Below, piece by piece: positions 11,706-23,041 of a DNA stretch of 64,000 nt. Each line of letters begins with the position of its first letter. The first letter of the stretch is position 1. The notes beneath the pieces were generated by a model. The model was not told the origin of the DNA, did no database searches, and was given only the letters and a program-made list of their open reading frames with translations. The stretch is from NCBI GenBank assembly GCA_030867685.1, contig JAQOWU010000001.1, forward strand, positions 1-64,000, written 5' to 3'. The position numbers and the translations under genes were made by a program. The DNA comes from Wickerhamiella versatilis (taxonomy: Eukaryota).

Positions 11706-12059
11706 GACACAATTCACTTAGTAATCTTTTTTCTGATTAGAGAATTTAGGGAAAGTTGGTGCTAGGTGTTCACGGTCAAGAAGGGGCGACAAAATTCAGT
11801 TTACTAAAAAAGAGAATCACACTTTGTATAGCTTTTAAGATTTAACGATATAGCACTCATGCGCGACATAACCTTTGTTGCAATTAGGATTTAGAATGCT
11901 CGCACTGGTGAAGACAGTAAGTGACTCTGCAATATATATTTATATATTTATATTTATTCATTCAGAAAGCAATAGCTGCTTAGGTTGACATTGTAACTTC
12001 CCTATCAGTCTCAAGGGTATTAGTAATATATGCCAAAGTGATTTGACTAGTATATCATC

Positions 12060-12773
12060 ATGTCGGCTGATATCTCAAGGGCTCTAGGCCAATCTATTCT
12101 CGGTCTGAATCAGCAGCAGGGAGACTACAACCATGCTAGTGATAGTCATTTCAAGAAGTTGCGTGCGGAAGCTGAACGCGAACATGAGAAATATCAACAA
12201 TTAGCAGGCCAGTCCCATAGGGCATTCAATAATGGAGAAAAGGAAGAGGCTTCTGCTTTGAGTGAGCAATCAAAAAAGCATAAAGCTCGCGCAGATGATC
12301 TTAACCAACAAGCTGCGGCCTGGGTCTTTCGAGAAAACAATACCGACTCTGCTGCAGATGAGATCGATCTGCACGGCTTATTTGTCCGCGAAGCTCTTTC
12401 AGCACTAGACGCTCGTATTCAAGCTGGAATCCAGAGACGAGAAAGCATCCTGAAAGTCATTACAGGAAAGGGGATGCATTCTGCCCATCATATTGCAAAG
12501 CTCAGACCTGCAGTAGAGGACTATTGTAAAAAAAGCGGATTTCAATGGAGACTGCAACATAAAAACGAGGGTGTTGTGGAGATTAATCTTGCTTCTCCAG
12601 GAACAGCAGCTCCAAATGCCTACCAGGGTTATCAACAAGCACCAGGCAACCAAGGGTTCGGATATCAACATCAGCAACAGCACGGTGGTCAAAATAATAT
12701 TAATGTTAAAAAGATCGTGCGTTTCATTAGAGGATTTATGCGGGTGGTTAAGCTATTCAAACAATGTATGTAA
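12060..12773 (+). CDS. Smr-domain protein with DUF1771 (YPL199C-like)
   Basis: EIDLHGLFVREA, VITGKGMHS and NEGVVEI Smr motifs, preceded by a helical DUF1771-like region. Confidence 0.85.
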   Translation: MSADISRALGQSILGLNQQQGDYNHASDSHFKKLRAEAEREHEKYQQLAGQSHRAFNNGEKEEASALSEQSKKHKARADDLNQQAAAWVFRENNTDSAADEIDLHGLFVREALSALDARIQAGIQRRESILKVITGKGMHSAHHIAKLRPAVEDYCKKSGFQWRLQHKNEGVVEINLASPGTAAPNAYQGYQQAPGNQGFGYQHQQQHGGQNNINVKKIVRFIRGFMRVVKLFKQCM

Positions 12774-12780
12774 TTATTTT

Positions 12781-14304
12781 CTAATCTACTCTTTGCCATA
12801 TACCAATCTTTTCGTCAACTTTCACCAGTTCCTTCCAGCTAAGCTTCAAAAAGTTCAAAATCCCTGTTCCTTTCACTTCTTTTACGAATCCGATAGGATC
12901 TTTTTTAACCTTGCTGAAATATTCAAGCGGAAGTCGTCCATTAATTCCAAGGAATGCTGGTACGGTCTCGAGGGGCTTCCAGTTGCCGCCAAGTTCCGTG
13001 AGCTGCTTTTGACTTAGCTCTCCAATGTAATACGCAAATTTTGGCCATAACGCTAGTGTTGGGTTATCATCTTCACTGTGGTGGTAAATAGTAGCATTCC
13101 ATAGTTCCCCAAATCTTTGTGCGCCTGTCATAAACGAAAGTGTATCTATATGAATCCATTTTCCTGCAGCTTCATCTTCCTTCACACACTCATGAAATAC
13201 CCGCAGGGCATTACCACCCGGATAATTGAGTGCAGAGACCCAAGCCTTGATGAAAGATCTGAAAACCGCGAAAACAACCGCCGTGAATGCCCCAAGCTTG
13301 AGAAAGTTACGATACTTAGGGGCGCGTACTACTAGCCCTGCTGTCAAGGCCGTAAAGATCGGGGCAACATAAATGATAAAACGAAGCTCCTTGTGAGGGA
13401 GCACAGATAGTAACGCGATATAGCCCAGCGATGCCAGCAAAAGAGCACGAAGTGGCACGGGGGCATAATCGAATCCAAAAAGAGAGGTTGCTGATATGAA
13501 TTGTGAACTGAGGATGTTAGGCAAGTGCCTTGTGAAGTAGGTATGCCATGGCTCAACTCCCCAGTTAGATGCCTTTCCGTCTAATACATTGAAAATGAAA
13601 GCCTCGAGCTCAGGAAGTACAGGTCTACCCCAGAAAAATGAATCAACGGCAAAACTAAGCAATGCACCCGTAGCAAGGCCGAAAAATCCCCAAGTGATAA
13701 TGGGTTTCAGGCTTAGTTGATCCGTTAGCAGGAGTGAAAATGCTAAAGGTCCACCGAGTGCAGCTAGTTCCAGCCGAAATACAATACAAGTGAATGCCAG
13801 CAGAGCTATCGCCGATCTAGGCCGTCTCGATAGAACCCTAGTAAACGACTCAATTACGAGCGGCAACGCGAACATATTCGGCAAAAGTCGACTAGCATAC
13901 CACATTAAATGAAATTGACCTAACGTGAGCATCATGAACCACTTGCCCACTAGTTCTCCATTTCCACGTTTCCCGTACGCATCAGCAAGCGTATGTCGAA
14001 ATCGGGTTATGGCAGTCATATTGAGCGCACCTACTACCCCTCTTGCTACCAATTCTCCATGAGAAAGGGGTAACTTCATAAGATAAAGGTAAGGCTTGAC
14101 AAGTGCGGCTAGAAATATACTTCCAACGAATGTTCGCGGGACCACACATGGATGTTCCGTATTATCATATGATGCGAAGTCAAGACCAAATTTTATTATA
14201 TCATGAGTAGCTTGTGTGTTAAAACTCTCCTCGATCTTGCTATACGGAGCAATAATCAAATAGTAGGCACCCAATAGCTGGAGTATTATGTCGAGGCCAT
14301 CCAT
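12781..14304 (-). CDS. ALG12: Dol-P-Man alpha-1,6-mannosyltransferase (GT22)
   Basis: PYSKIEESFNTQATHD, VVPRTF, YASRLLPNMFALP, PHKELRFIIY, NYPGG; multiple transmembrane segments. Confidence 0.93.
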   Translation of the reverse strand: MDGLDIILQLLGAYYLIIAPYSKIEESFNTQATHDIIKFGLDFASYDNTEHPCVVPRTFVGSIFLAALVKPYLYLMKLPLSHGELVARGVVGALNMTAITRFRHTLADAYGKRGNGELVGKWFMMLTLGQFHLMWYASRLLPNMFALPLVIESFTRVLSRRPRSAIALLAFTCIVFRLELAALGGPLAFSLLLTDQLSLKPIITWGFFGLATGALLSFAVDSFFWGRPVLPELEAFIFNVLDGKASNWGVEPWHTYFTRHLPNILSSQFISATSLFGFDYAPVPLRALLLASLGYIALLSVLPHKELRFIIYVAPIFTALTAGLVVRAPKYRNFLKLGAFTAVVFAVFRSFIKAWVSALNYPGGNALRVFHECVKEDEAAGKWIHIDTLSFMTGAQRFGELWNATIYHHSEDDNPTLALWPKFAYYIGELSQKQLTELGGNWKPLETVPAFLGINGRLPLEYFSKVKKDPIGFVKEVKGTGILNFLKLSWKELVKVDEKIGIWQRVD

Positions 14305-14718
14305 GCTGACTCATTACAAGTGATACGGGTTTTATGCGTCAATGGTGATAAACTCACTATAAAAGAAGATTTTCTATGTCAATAGCTAAAGGAAGACTAA
14401 ATCTCCTGTGTTTGGTTTTCTAATAATTTCTCATACTGTTGCAAATACGTCTCTGTAATGCTAAGTTGATGACACGGAGATTGGGGGGCTCAGCGCAATG
14501 CCAATTTTTGAGTGTCATAGGATCTCTTCAAATGATTCAATATAAAATAAAACCTACCTTCTTACCAGGATATAAAGCTGGTAACGGTCCTCCTTCCAAA
14601 GAAGCGCCAGTAATATTATCAAATCAATATTTGTGTGTTAGTCATTAGGGCTTGTGCCCACCATCTTTCAGACTCACTCCCTACCTCACGCTGGTTCAGC
14701 TGGTAGTTACACTGTATC

Positions 14719-15330
14719 ATGGGTGCCTACAAATACCTTGAAGAGCTTGCCCGTAACAAGCAGAGCGATGTCCTTCGCTTCTTGCAGCGTGTCCGCTGCT
14801 GGGAGTACCGTCAGTTGAACGTTATTCACAGGGCTTCCCGTCCATCCCGCCCGGATAAGGCACGTCGTCTCGGCTACAAGGCCAAGCAGGGCTATGTGAT
14901 CTACCGCGTTCGTGTGCGTCGTGGTGGTCGTAAGCGTCATGCTCCTAAGGGTGTTACCTACGGTAAGCCCACTAACCAGGGTATTAACCAGCTTAAGTAC
15001 CAGCGCCAGCTCCGGGCCACTGCCGAGGACCGTGTCGGCCGCCGTTGCCCTAACTTGCGTGTACTGAATTCTTACTGGGTGAACCAGGACTCCACATACA
15101 AGTACTTCGAGATCATCTTGGTTGACCCCCAGCACAAGGCTATCCGCCGTGATGCTCGTATCAACTGGATTGCCAACCCTGTCCACAAGCACCGTGAGGC
15201 TCGCTCGCTCACTGCTGTTGGCAAGAAGTCGCGTGGTATCAACAAGGGCCACCGTTTCAACAACACCAAATCTGGCCGTCGCCACATATGGAAGAAGCAC
15301 AACACCCTGTCCCTCTGGCGTTACCGCTAA
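14719..15330 (+). CDS. RPL15: 60S ribosomal protein eL15, intronless
   Basis: [10 protein letters not shown]...[25 protein letters not shown]...LSLWRYR; strongly biased codon usage. Confidence 0.99.
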   Translation: MGAYKYLEELARNKQSDVLRFLQRVRCWEYRQLNVIHRASRPSRPDKARRLGYKAKQGYVIYRVRVRRGGRKRHAPKGVTYGKPTNQGINQLKYQRQLRATAEDRVGRRCPNLRVLNSYWVNQDSTYKYFEIILVDPQHKAIRRDARINWIANPVHKHREARSLTAVGKKSRGINKGHRFNNTKSGRRHIWKKHNTLSLWRYR

Positions 15331-15535
15331 GCGCAATAAGCGTTTACTCTAACCGACTCATGAGTATAATCATTAGTGTTGCTCCACTAAGCCTCTGTCT
15401 GTTATAGCAAGATGATTATTAGCTAGGACATAAAATTTTTTAAATAAAGACTACAGAAGAACTGTCTGAATTAAATGGCTTAAGTACTTCTAAGAAACTA
15501 GATTTGCGCTGCCACGGCCATAACTAGTGTTTCTC

Positions 15536-17323
15536 TCAAGAAGCGAACAAGTCATCCCATGTTATATTCTTTCTGACAGCGTTTGAGAATCCTTCGGAAT
15601 AGGAAACCCATATATGGCTTGCTTGACGCCTAACTTGACCCTTGGATTGTCCGAAGAATGTCAATGGAGCGCGTTTGGGAGCTACGGGTGGCTTTGGTGG
15701 AGAAGCTTGTGTAGCTTCAATTTGAGATAGATTACCACCAGGTGTACGTTGATTAATTCTCGAAAGAGCCTCCTTAAGATGGTGACGAACAGAAAATTTC
15801 CACGTCGATAACAATCGCTGAGTTGATACATCAAATGCACAAGTCTCCTCTAAGGGAGGATCCATTCTGTACACAGATGCACCAGTGTCAAGTATCTCCA
15901 TGCGAAAGCGAATTCCTGTTTCGATAAGTGAAGCAGCACAAGAGGCCAGCCGTCGATGATTTTCAGGTGATAGTATAGCATTAGGTTGGCAAGGACAGGC
16001 AAGCCTCACAACATAAGGCAGTAGTTCTGTTATGGCTCGTCGAATCCCCAGTCGTTTAACATCTGATGAGGATCTGTTTAGTGCCTTTTCCGCGATATCC
16101 TTGGCACTCTCTATAAGATATGGCGGGACAGGAAGGTGGACGAATTCATTTGTGGTGGAGCGGCAATGCCATCCAAATGCTCTTGCACAAGTAACGTTAA
16201 GATCCTCACTCGCTACTGTCCGCCTTCCCAAGTCGGCAAGCCCTAGCCATTCACTTAACTCACAGGATTTCTCAAATGAGTCGTCCATAAAATAGGCATG
16301 GATATATTGTGTGAAAAGGCCGCTAATAAGACGGTCCTGTTCGCATGCATAAAGTTCCGAGTCTGTTACTGGGTGGCCGCTGAACAGTCTTCGAGCCAAT
16401 TCTGCCCAGCCACATGCATTAGATCTTTTTCCACTTTGGGAACCCAATTCAAGAGAATTAAGACAAGCTCGAAGGTCACCATGGCACATGGCGATCACAT
16501 CATTTATCTGCGAGCTTGTAAGTTTAAGGTTTTCAAGTTCTGATAATTCCTCTAGTAGAGACTCTAGCAGGCGAGAGGAATGTCGGGGATAAGATACCAG
16601 CTCAGAGACCTGTCGCAAATCATAAAGCTGTTTCGTAAAAGCCTCATTTGCGATTGCTATTATAGGTCTTCCCGGGGCTTGCTTCTTTTTCTTGGGATTG
16701 TTTTTCCGTTTCGAGGCTGAAACTAATGATACCAGAGTCCTCACAAACCGGCCATCACAGCCATCAATGTCATCTGCGACCATACATGCGGGTCGACGCG
16801 ATGCTGTACTTTGATGGTTATAGAGGCCCTGCATTCTGTCGGAGATCACTTGTCTCTCGTCACTGGCATTCACTTCCAGCACATCGAAACCAGCTTGCCG
16901 AACCATAACGTGCACCGCAGTGGTCTTTCCCGATCCAGAGGGACCATGTACCAATAAAATTCGTTTCTCCGGAGGAGTTCCATGCCGCCAGGCAGTTAGC
17001 CAACGCATGATTCTTCTGTGAACATCATCAGACCCTACCAAATCGACAAATCGCTGAGGTTTATATTTTTCCGTTAGGAGAAGTCTTCGAGTTTTTGCCG
17101 CGGGCATGGAGCTACGAGTTTGGGGAGATCTAACACGCTTCAATAAATCATATATGGGAATGCCAAAATCATTATCTTGACTTTCTTGAAAAGTACGTTT
17201 TTGGCGCCGGGGCAGGTTCTGCTCCGACGTCTCCGTTGCTTCGTCAATGCTATAGAAATCAAATGAGTCCTCCTTATTTCCAACATCAGATTGAGCAGAA
17301 CTGCCCTGAAATAGAATGCTCAT
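15536..17323 (-). CDS. CTF18: Alternative RFC clamp-loader large subunit
   Basis: EKYKPQRFVDLVG, Walker A GPSGSGKTT, EVNASDER, GDLRACLN and C-terminal SYSEGFSNAVRKNITWDDL. First ATG is 17323. Confidence 0.93.
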   Translation of the reverse strand: MSILFQGSSAQSDVGNKEDSFDFYSIDEATETSEQNLPRRQKRTFQESQDNDFGIPIYDLLKRVRSPQTRSSMPAAKTRRLLLTEKYKPQRFVDLVGSDDVHRRIMRWLTAWRHGTPPEKRILLVHGPSGSGKTTAVHVMVRQAGFDVLEVNASDERQVISDRMQGLYNHQSTASRRPACMVADDIDGCDGRFVRTLVSLVSASKRKNNPKKKKQAPGRPIIAIANEAFTKQLYDLRQVSELVSYPRHSSRLLESLLEELSELENLKLTSSQINDVIAMCHGDLRACLNSLELGSQSGKRSNACGWAELARRLFSGHPVTDSELYACEQDRLISGLFTQYIHAYFMDDSFEKSCELSEWLGLADLGRRTVASEDLNVTCARAFGWHCRSTTNEFVHLPVPPYLIESAKDIAEKALNRSSSDVKRLGIRRAITELLPYVVRLACPCQPNAILSPENHRRLASCAASLIETGIRFRMEILDTGASVYRMDPPLEETCAFDVSTQRLLSTWKFSVRHHLKEALSRINQRTPGGNLSQIEATQASPPKPPVAPKRAPLTFFGQSKGQVRRQASHIWVSYSEGFSNAVRKNITWDDLFAS

Positions 17324-17681
17324 TTCCCACGCGTCGCGTCCCAAACAATTTCTTACTAACTATAATCAGGGTCTTCTTGTACGCTCGTAATTGTAAATAT
17401 TATCTTGCTATCTTCTCTAATTTTATTTTGCGACGCTAAAGCAATGGAAATTGCACCTGCGTTCATTATTCTTTTATCAATGTTCTAAATGCTTTGTTAT
17501 TTTTTTGGTCCACGTTGCTGAATAGCGAGTAATAAATGACAATTAATATATATAAATTATTTCAGAGTTATACTCGCATCATATTTTCTTTTTTCTGATT
17601 CCACTGATCTTTAGCATTATCAGGAAGGAAGCCCGTTCATTATATTGTTATATAAGGTGTGTTATTCATCAAAGCTCAGCA

Positions 17682-18551
17682 ATGCTTCCGGAGAAAGTAA
17701 CGGTGGCGCCGTTGGTTCTGCTGTCGGTTTTAGATCACTACAATCGCATGGCGACAGATTCAAGTCGTCGTGTTGTAGGTGTTATCTTAGGAGATGTTCG
17801 AAATGGGGTTGTTCGCGTATCCAATAGCTTCGCTGTCCCTTTTGAGGAAGATACAAAACAAGCGGATGTGTGGTTCCTAGACCATAACTACATCGAGGGA
17901 ATGCAAGAGATGTTCAAGAAGGTAAATGCCCGTGAAAAGCTGATTGGTTGGTACCATTCAGGCCCCCGCCTGCGCGCACAAGATCTTCAAATCAATGAGC
18001 TGTTTAAGCGATACACCCCGAATCCTCTACTTCTCATTGTAGACGTTCGTCCGAAAGACGTAGGAATTCCTACTGATGCCTACTTTGCCATCGATGAAAT
18101 CAAGGCAGATGGTACAAGTGCAGAAAGAACTTTTGTGCACGTTCCGTCAGAAATCAAGGCCGAGGATGCTGAGGAAATAGGCGTCGAGCATCTTTTGCGC
18201 GATGTTCGTGATGCTGCAGCTGGCACGCTGGCCACACGTATTGCCAAACAGTTGGGCTCACTGCAGGGCTTGGACGGTCGGCTCCGCGATATCGGTCACT
18301 ACCTTGACAGGGTTCTCGCTGGTGAACTGCCAGTAAACCACACCATTCTTGGAGAACTTCAGGATGTATTCAACTTGCTTCCGAATCTATCAGCAGCGCA
18401 GTCACCAGATCTTGCGAAAGCCTTTACAACAAAGACTAACGACCAGCTTATGGTAGTTTATTTGTCTTCAATTGTTCGTGCCATTATTGCATTCCACAAT
18501 ATGATCGAGAACAAAATTCAGAATAAGAAAGCCCTGGTGGTCGAAGCCTAG
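17682..18551 (+). CDS. RPN8: 26S proteasome lid subunit (MPN domain)
   Basis: [47 protein letters not shown]. Confidence 0.97.
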   Translation: MLPEKVTVAPLVLLSVLDHYNRMATDSSRRVVGVILGDVRNGVVRVSNSFAVPFEEDTKQADVWFLDHNYIEGMQEMFKKVNAREKLIGWYHSGPRLRAQDLQINELFKRYTPNPLLLIVDVRPKDVGIPTDAYFAIDEIKADGTSAERTFVHVPSEIKAEDAEEIGVEHLLRDVRDAAAGTLATRIAKQLGSLQGLDGRLRDIGHYLDRVLAGELPVNHTILGELQDVFNLLPNLSAAQSPDLAKAFTTKTNDQLMVVYLSSIVRAIIAFHNMIENKIQNKKALVVEA

Positions 18552-18765
18552 CGCGGGCGCTCTATTTGACCTTTTTGAGCGGTTTTACTGATTCTAAAGT
18601 ATTGTTGAGCCTTCTGTCTAAAAAAATCATAAGATCAAGAAATATAATGCATATTGTGCAAGGAATATAGTTTCATTTAGTCACAGGAGGTAAATAAAAT
18701 AATGATACACAAAAAATTAGCGGCCTTTCAAGCATGCGTAGTAGTTGAGCAAGTCCGCAATTTTT

Positions 18766-20391
18766 TTACTCAAAGAATGGTGTGACTTGTCCCAACCCAG
18801 GAGACAAAACCTGTGCTGCAGTTCCCAAACTTGCTGTAAGTGGCGTTGGGGGTGGTGGGAGGTGTGGCTGAGCTGATGGTCTACAACTAGACTGTTCAAG
18901 CAGTGCCGGGATTTCCTTCGCAACTCGAGCCAATGCAGATACCTCTGGGCCCAAATTTGGATCATTCAATAGAGGAACATGTGGGACAGACGACTTAATA
19001 GCACCCAATATCGCAATTATGGCCTTCAGAAACGATTGTGTCTCATCCCACAGTCGTGAAGGAGCTTTAGACGAAAGCACAAGCCGTAGCTTCTTGGTGG
19101 CTGCAACACCATTCAGGCATACAGTACTCAGCTCACGTATTTTAGCAGTAGATGCTTCCGAAGGGACTTTAGCCGCCCCTTCTGTCGAAGCAAGGGACGT
19201 CGCAGATGCTGTAGCCGTTGCAGAGTTAGCGATCACATCATTAAGAAGGGAGAGAACTCTCTGTGCAGATTTTACTGCAAAATCAAGTTGCGTTAGCAAC
19301 ATGCCGTCCTGACTGGACGACGCTGTTGCTGGTGTGAATGGAGTCGTTGCTGATGCTGATGCTGGTGAAGTTAAATTTTGGGACCACGAATTTTGAAGTT
19401 CTGCCCATGCTGGCATCAAACTGGTAACAAAAATTCGAAGTGCTCTCCGATTCTCTGACTTACAGAGGCGGGCGAGAGCGTCAGGCGCGGCCAGCGCGCC
19501 AATCACACCAGCTAGTCCAGCAGCTGGTGCACCGGCCAGATTAACGTGCGACCATGCAGCAGTTACACGAGGTGGAAATGCATCGCAGCTCTTAAAAATC
19601 TGCTCCAAGGCCGATCTTGTCATTTCAATGCCTATACTAGTCGATGAAATTTGAGAAATAGACGAAGATGTGGAAGCAGGTCCTGAGGGTAATGTGGTCA
19701 TGGGAGTAGAAGGTTGTGTGCTAATATAAGCCTGTGAAGACTCCCGAGAAATTCCTGGTTGAGGCTTTTCTAGCATGGGTAAGTCCACGGCCGCATCCCG
19801 ACTCAGAGCTCTGGAGTGTAGCATGTCGGCATAGGGTATATTCCGCTGAACCACAAATCCCATTCGTTTCGCCTGTTTTGATAGCCCACTTTCACTCTCA
19901 GAACGATGGCGCAAAGGTGGAGGACCGTCCAGTGACGGCCGCCGCAGCCATGCTTGAACCTTTGGAACCCACTCCTCATCGTTGGGATTCAACTGCGGTG
20001 GAAGCACAATCGGGTTTTCATTTATTTCCAAATGTACAAGATTGGGCAACGCAGCAATCACGGGAGGCAGATGGGTTAGCTGGTTTCCCGAGAGACATAA
20101 AACCTTGAGATTGCGTAGCTTTATTAGTTCTGGTGGCAAGCTCTTCAGCATATTGTGACTTAAATCCAGAATTTCGATTGAGTTACATTCCGTCACTGCG
20201 GCTGGAAACTCTGTGAACCGATTATTGGCGATGTTCAGGTAGTAAAGACGCTTAAGCGTTCCAAACAGATTCGGTAGTGTGCTCAAATGATTACTTTTGA
20301 GACTCACTTTTGGCGCATTTTGCATACTCTCAACTAAATTCTGAGAGAGCTCCTTTAAGGCTTGGCCCTCCAAAATCACCGCCCCTTCCAT
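18766..20391 (-). CDS. SOG2: Leucine-rich-repeat RAM network protein
   Basis: N-terminal LRRs (LxxLxLxxN), SKQAKRMGFVV and HSRALSRD motifs, helical C-terminal domain. Confidence 0.8.
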   Translation of the reverse strand: MEGAVILEGQALKELSQNLVESMQNAPKVSLKSNHLSTLPNLFGTLKRLYYLNIANNRFTEFPAAVTECNSIEILDLSHNMLKSLPPELIKLRNLKVLCLSGNQLTHLPPVIAALPNLVHLEINENPIVLPPQLNPNDEEWVPKVQAWLRRPSLDGPPPLRHRSESESGLSKQAKRMGFVVQRNIPYADMLHSRALSRDAAVDLPMLEKPQPGISRESSQAYISTQPSTPMTTLPSGPASTSSSISQISSTSIGIEMTRSALEQIFKSCDAFPPRVTAAWSHVNLAGAPAAGLAGVIGALAAPDALARLCKSENRRALRIFVTSLMPAWAELQNSWSQNLTSPASASATTPFTPATASSSQDGMLLTQLDFAVKSAQRVLSLLNDVIANSATATASATSLASTEGAAKVPSEASTAKIRELSTVCLNGVAATKKLRLVLSSKAPSRLWDETQSFLKAIIAILGAIKSSVPHVPLLNDPNLGPEVSALARVAKEIPALLEQSSCRPSAQPHLPPPPTPLTASLGTAAQVLSPGLGQVTPFFE

Positions 20392-20581
20392 GGGCAATAG
20401 TGATTAGTCACCTACGATTGTGTTTAGTTCGCTATAGTTTAATAGGATTCCTATATCAGTTTCGAATTCTTTGTGAGGAGAAAATGCGCTCAACCCAGTC
20501 TATTAACGTTGCAAATCGATCTTACTTATGCATAACAGATTGTTGGCGAAAAAGTCTGTCTCGTTAGGTAATCTCGTATCA

Positions 20582-21961
20582 ATGGCACAACTCCATAGTG
20601 CCCAGTATGATACGGGTGACGTATCTTACCTGATAGCTAGCACTATTGGTGTCCTTATCATGATACCTGGTGTTGGATTGCTCTACTCGGGTCTCGCAAG
20701 ACGTAAGAGTGCGCTTTCCATGATATGGTTGACACTCATGAGTGGAGCAATGGGTATGTTCCAGTGGTGGTTTTGGGGATACTCACTTGCATTAAGTACA
20801 ACAGCAACCAATGGATTTATCGGCAATTTGCGTAATTTTGCACTACGGAACATTCTAGACGATGCCCCCGATGCGGCGTATCCAGAACTACTGTTCGCTG
20901 TGTTTCAAGGAATGTTTTGTGCATTAACATGTGCTATTGCCATGGGAGGCATTGCTGAGCGGGGAAGACTTTTTCCTGCTATTGTTTTCACCTTTGTCTG
21001 GGCAACTGCCGTATACTGTCCGCTGGCCGCATGGGCCTGGCAAGCCGAAGGCTGGGCTGGTTCGCGCTGGGGTGTATTGGACTACGCAGGTGGAGGACCT
21101 GTTGAGATTGGTAGTGGTTTAGGTGGTGCAGCCTATGCACTGGTATTGGGCCGTCGGAAAGAGAAGCTTTTGCTTAATTTCCGGCCACATAATGTCTCGC
21201 TTGTTACAATTGGCACTGTCTTACTGTGGTTTGGCTGGCTTGGGTTTAATGGTGGTACCGCTGCTGGTGCGAATCTCAAAGCCGTGTATGCTGTGTATAA
21301 TTCTAATATCACAGCGGTCTTTGCGGCGTTCACATGGGTTCTTCTTGATTGGCGTCTTGAGCGCAAATGGTCTACCGTTGCCGTATGTTCAGGAATTGTC
21401 AGTGGTCTAGTTGCAGCAACTCCAGCGTCAGGTATCATTCCTATGTGGGCTTCGGTCGTTCTTGGGGTAGTGGCTGGTGCGGTATGCAACTTCAGCACGC
21501 AGATTAAGTACTTAGTGTCTATCGATGACTCTATGGATGTCTTCGCGGAGCACGGAGTGGCGGGTATAATTGGGCTTCTCTTTAATGCATTGTTTGGTGC
21601 GGACTGGGTCATTGGTCTTGATGGCTCTACAGAACATCCTGGTGGATGGTTAAGTCATAACTGGAAGCAAATTTACAAACAAATTGCATACATAGCTGCC
21701 TGCTTTGGTTATACCTTTGTGGTCACAGTTATTATCGCTCTGGCGATTGACAAAATTCCGTACATTGGACCATTGCGCGTCAATGAATCTGCTGAGGAAC
21801 GTGGAATAGATGAAGATCAAATAGGCGAGTTTGCATATGATTATGTGGAAGTCAGAAGAGATTATCTTTCGTGGTCGCCACCTGTTGTACATGTTCAAGA
21901 AGGCGAGAGCGCTGTAGGTTCACCAGCTCCTGAAACTAACCCCAAAGAAACAAATGGCTAA
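20582..21961 (+). CDS. MEP: Ammonium transporter (Amt/Mep family)
   Basis: LYSGLARRKS, DYAGGGPVEI, LLWFGWLGFNGG, IDDSMDVFAEHG, GIDEDQIGEFAYDY. An alternative in-frame ATG lies at 20528. Confidence 0.95.
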   Translation: MAQLHSAQYDTGDVSYLIASTIGVLIMIPGVGLLYSGLARRKSALSMIWLTLMSGAMGMFQWWFWGYSLALSTTATNGFIGNLRNFALRNILDDAPDAAYPELLFAVFQGMFCALTCAIAMGGIAERGRLFPAIVFTFVWATAVYCPLAAWAWQAEGWAGSRWGVLDYAGGGPVEIGSGLGGAAYALVLGRRKEKLLLNFRPHNVSLVTIGTVLLWFGWLGFNGGTAAGANLKAVYAVYNSNITAVFAAFTWVLLDWRLERKWSTVAVCSGIVSGLVAATPASGIIPMWASVVLGVVAGAVCNFSTQIKYLVSIDDSMDVFAEHGVAGIIGLLFNALFGADWVIGLDGSTEHPGGWLSHNWKQIYKQIAYIAACFGYTFVVTVIIALAIDKIPYIGPLRVNESAEERGIDEDQIGEFAYDYVEVRRDYLSWSPPVVHVQEGESAVGSPAPETNPKETNG

Positions 21962-22007
21962 ATTATTGAAACTTATTAACATTTATATACTAAACTATCG
22001 AACATTG

Positions 22008-22973
22008 TCATAACATATGTCTTCTCCGTATCATTGGGTCGGGTTTGAAGGATCCTAGGTCTATGAGTTGCCGTTTAGCGTCCTCCCTCGCCTTGTTGTA
22101 ATTTTCTAAGGTTGGCTCGTCAAGACACAATTTCGCAATTCCTCCGTGACTGAAACGTGAGACCCAGCCCAATGCCACTGAGTTCTCCGAGTATGCTTTC
22201 TTCTTTTTTGCCAACGTTTTCAAGAGTTTATGGATGTCATTCGTCAATTGTCCAGGATAGCGGCCCCCATTAGGATATTGCTTGTTTACTTGATATAAAA
22301 GATAGTCTGCAAGCACGACTGGATCAACCTTTGAGGGCGAGATGCTGGCAACAAGGCAAAGATTGAGCATCTGTTCAGTATTATTCGCCTGTGGCACAAA
22401 AACGCCAGGTGTATCATGTACAAATATTTTATTTTCTTCATCGATGCATACCACTTCACTTAGTGCTCTTGTAACTCCGGGATTAGAGCCTACACGAGCA
22501 ACTCGACGTTTTCCGCGAGGACCGCTGATGCCCACCTGTCTCAGATGATTCAAGAAGGTGCTTTTCCCAACATTTGGCATTCCCGTAAGAATGACTCGAT
22601 ATCCTAATGGAGGTTTTGGGTCTGGTATTTCAGCGACACGCTTGCGAATCATTTCCAGGACACGACGTGCATACTTTCGTTCCTGGCAATTGATTCTCAA
22701 GAAATTTTCTTCTGGGTGCCATCTGAGAATTTGTGAATGCTTCAATGGGCTGATATCAGCCTTGGTGTACAAATAAAACTTGGGTTTCCCCGGTAATGCC
22801 TGATCAAAAAGTGGATTCATGGTTGATATAGGTGCTCTGGAATCTCTGAGTTCCAGTACAAGGTCCACTTGAAAAGCAAGTTGTTTCAGTGAAAAAAGTG
22901 CTTTCCTATGATGACCTTGAAAACCGCTTAGATCAACGTTATGATGCGGAAACGAAAGCCGAGGTTTCCACAT
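22008..22973 (-). CDS. MTG1: Mitochondrial circularly permuted GTPase (RbgA/YlqF family)
   Basis: FQGHH, ELRDSRAPISTMNP, GMPNVGKST, PGVTR, DTPG. Confidence 0.92.
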   Translation of the reverse strand: MWKPRLSFPHHNVDLSGFQGHHRKALFSLKQLAFQVDLVLELRDSRAPISTMNPLFDQALPGKPKFYLYTKADISPLKHSQILRWHPEENFLRINCQERKYARRVLEMIRKRVAEIPDPKPPLGYRVILTGMPNVGKSTFLNHLRQVGISGPRGKRRVARVGSNPGVTRALSEVVCIDEENKIFVHDTPGVFVPQANNTEQMLNLCLVASISPSKVDPVVLADYLLYQVNKQYPNGGRYPGQLTNDIHKLLKTLAKKKKAYSENSVALGWVSRFSHGGIAKLCLDEPTLENYNKAREDAKRQLIDLGSFKPDPMIRRRHML

Positions 22974-23041
22974 GATACCGTTACAATCTTGTCCTAGTAA
23001 GAGGCCCTCAAGGGTGACTAAGGGCTTCGACTGGCATTTCT

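Noticed and set aside
14707-15336. 209 aa antisense ORF over RPL15
   Set aside because: Shadow ORF caused by the strong codon bias of RPL15.
17351-17370. TACTAAC...CAG on the + strand resembling a branch point and 3' splice site
   Set aside because: No + strand gene or 5' splice site there; counted instead as the promoter heptamer of CTF18.
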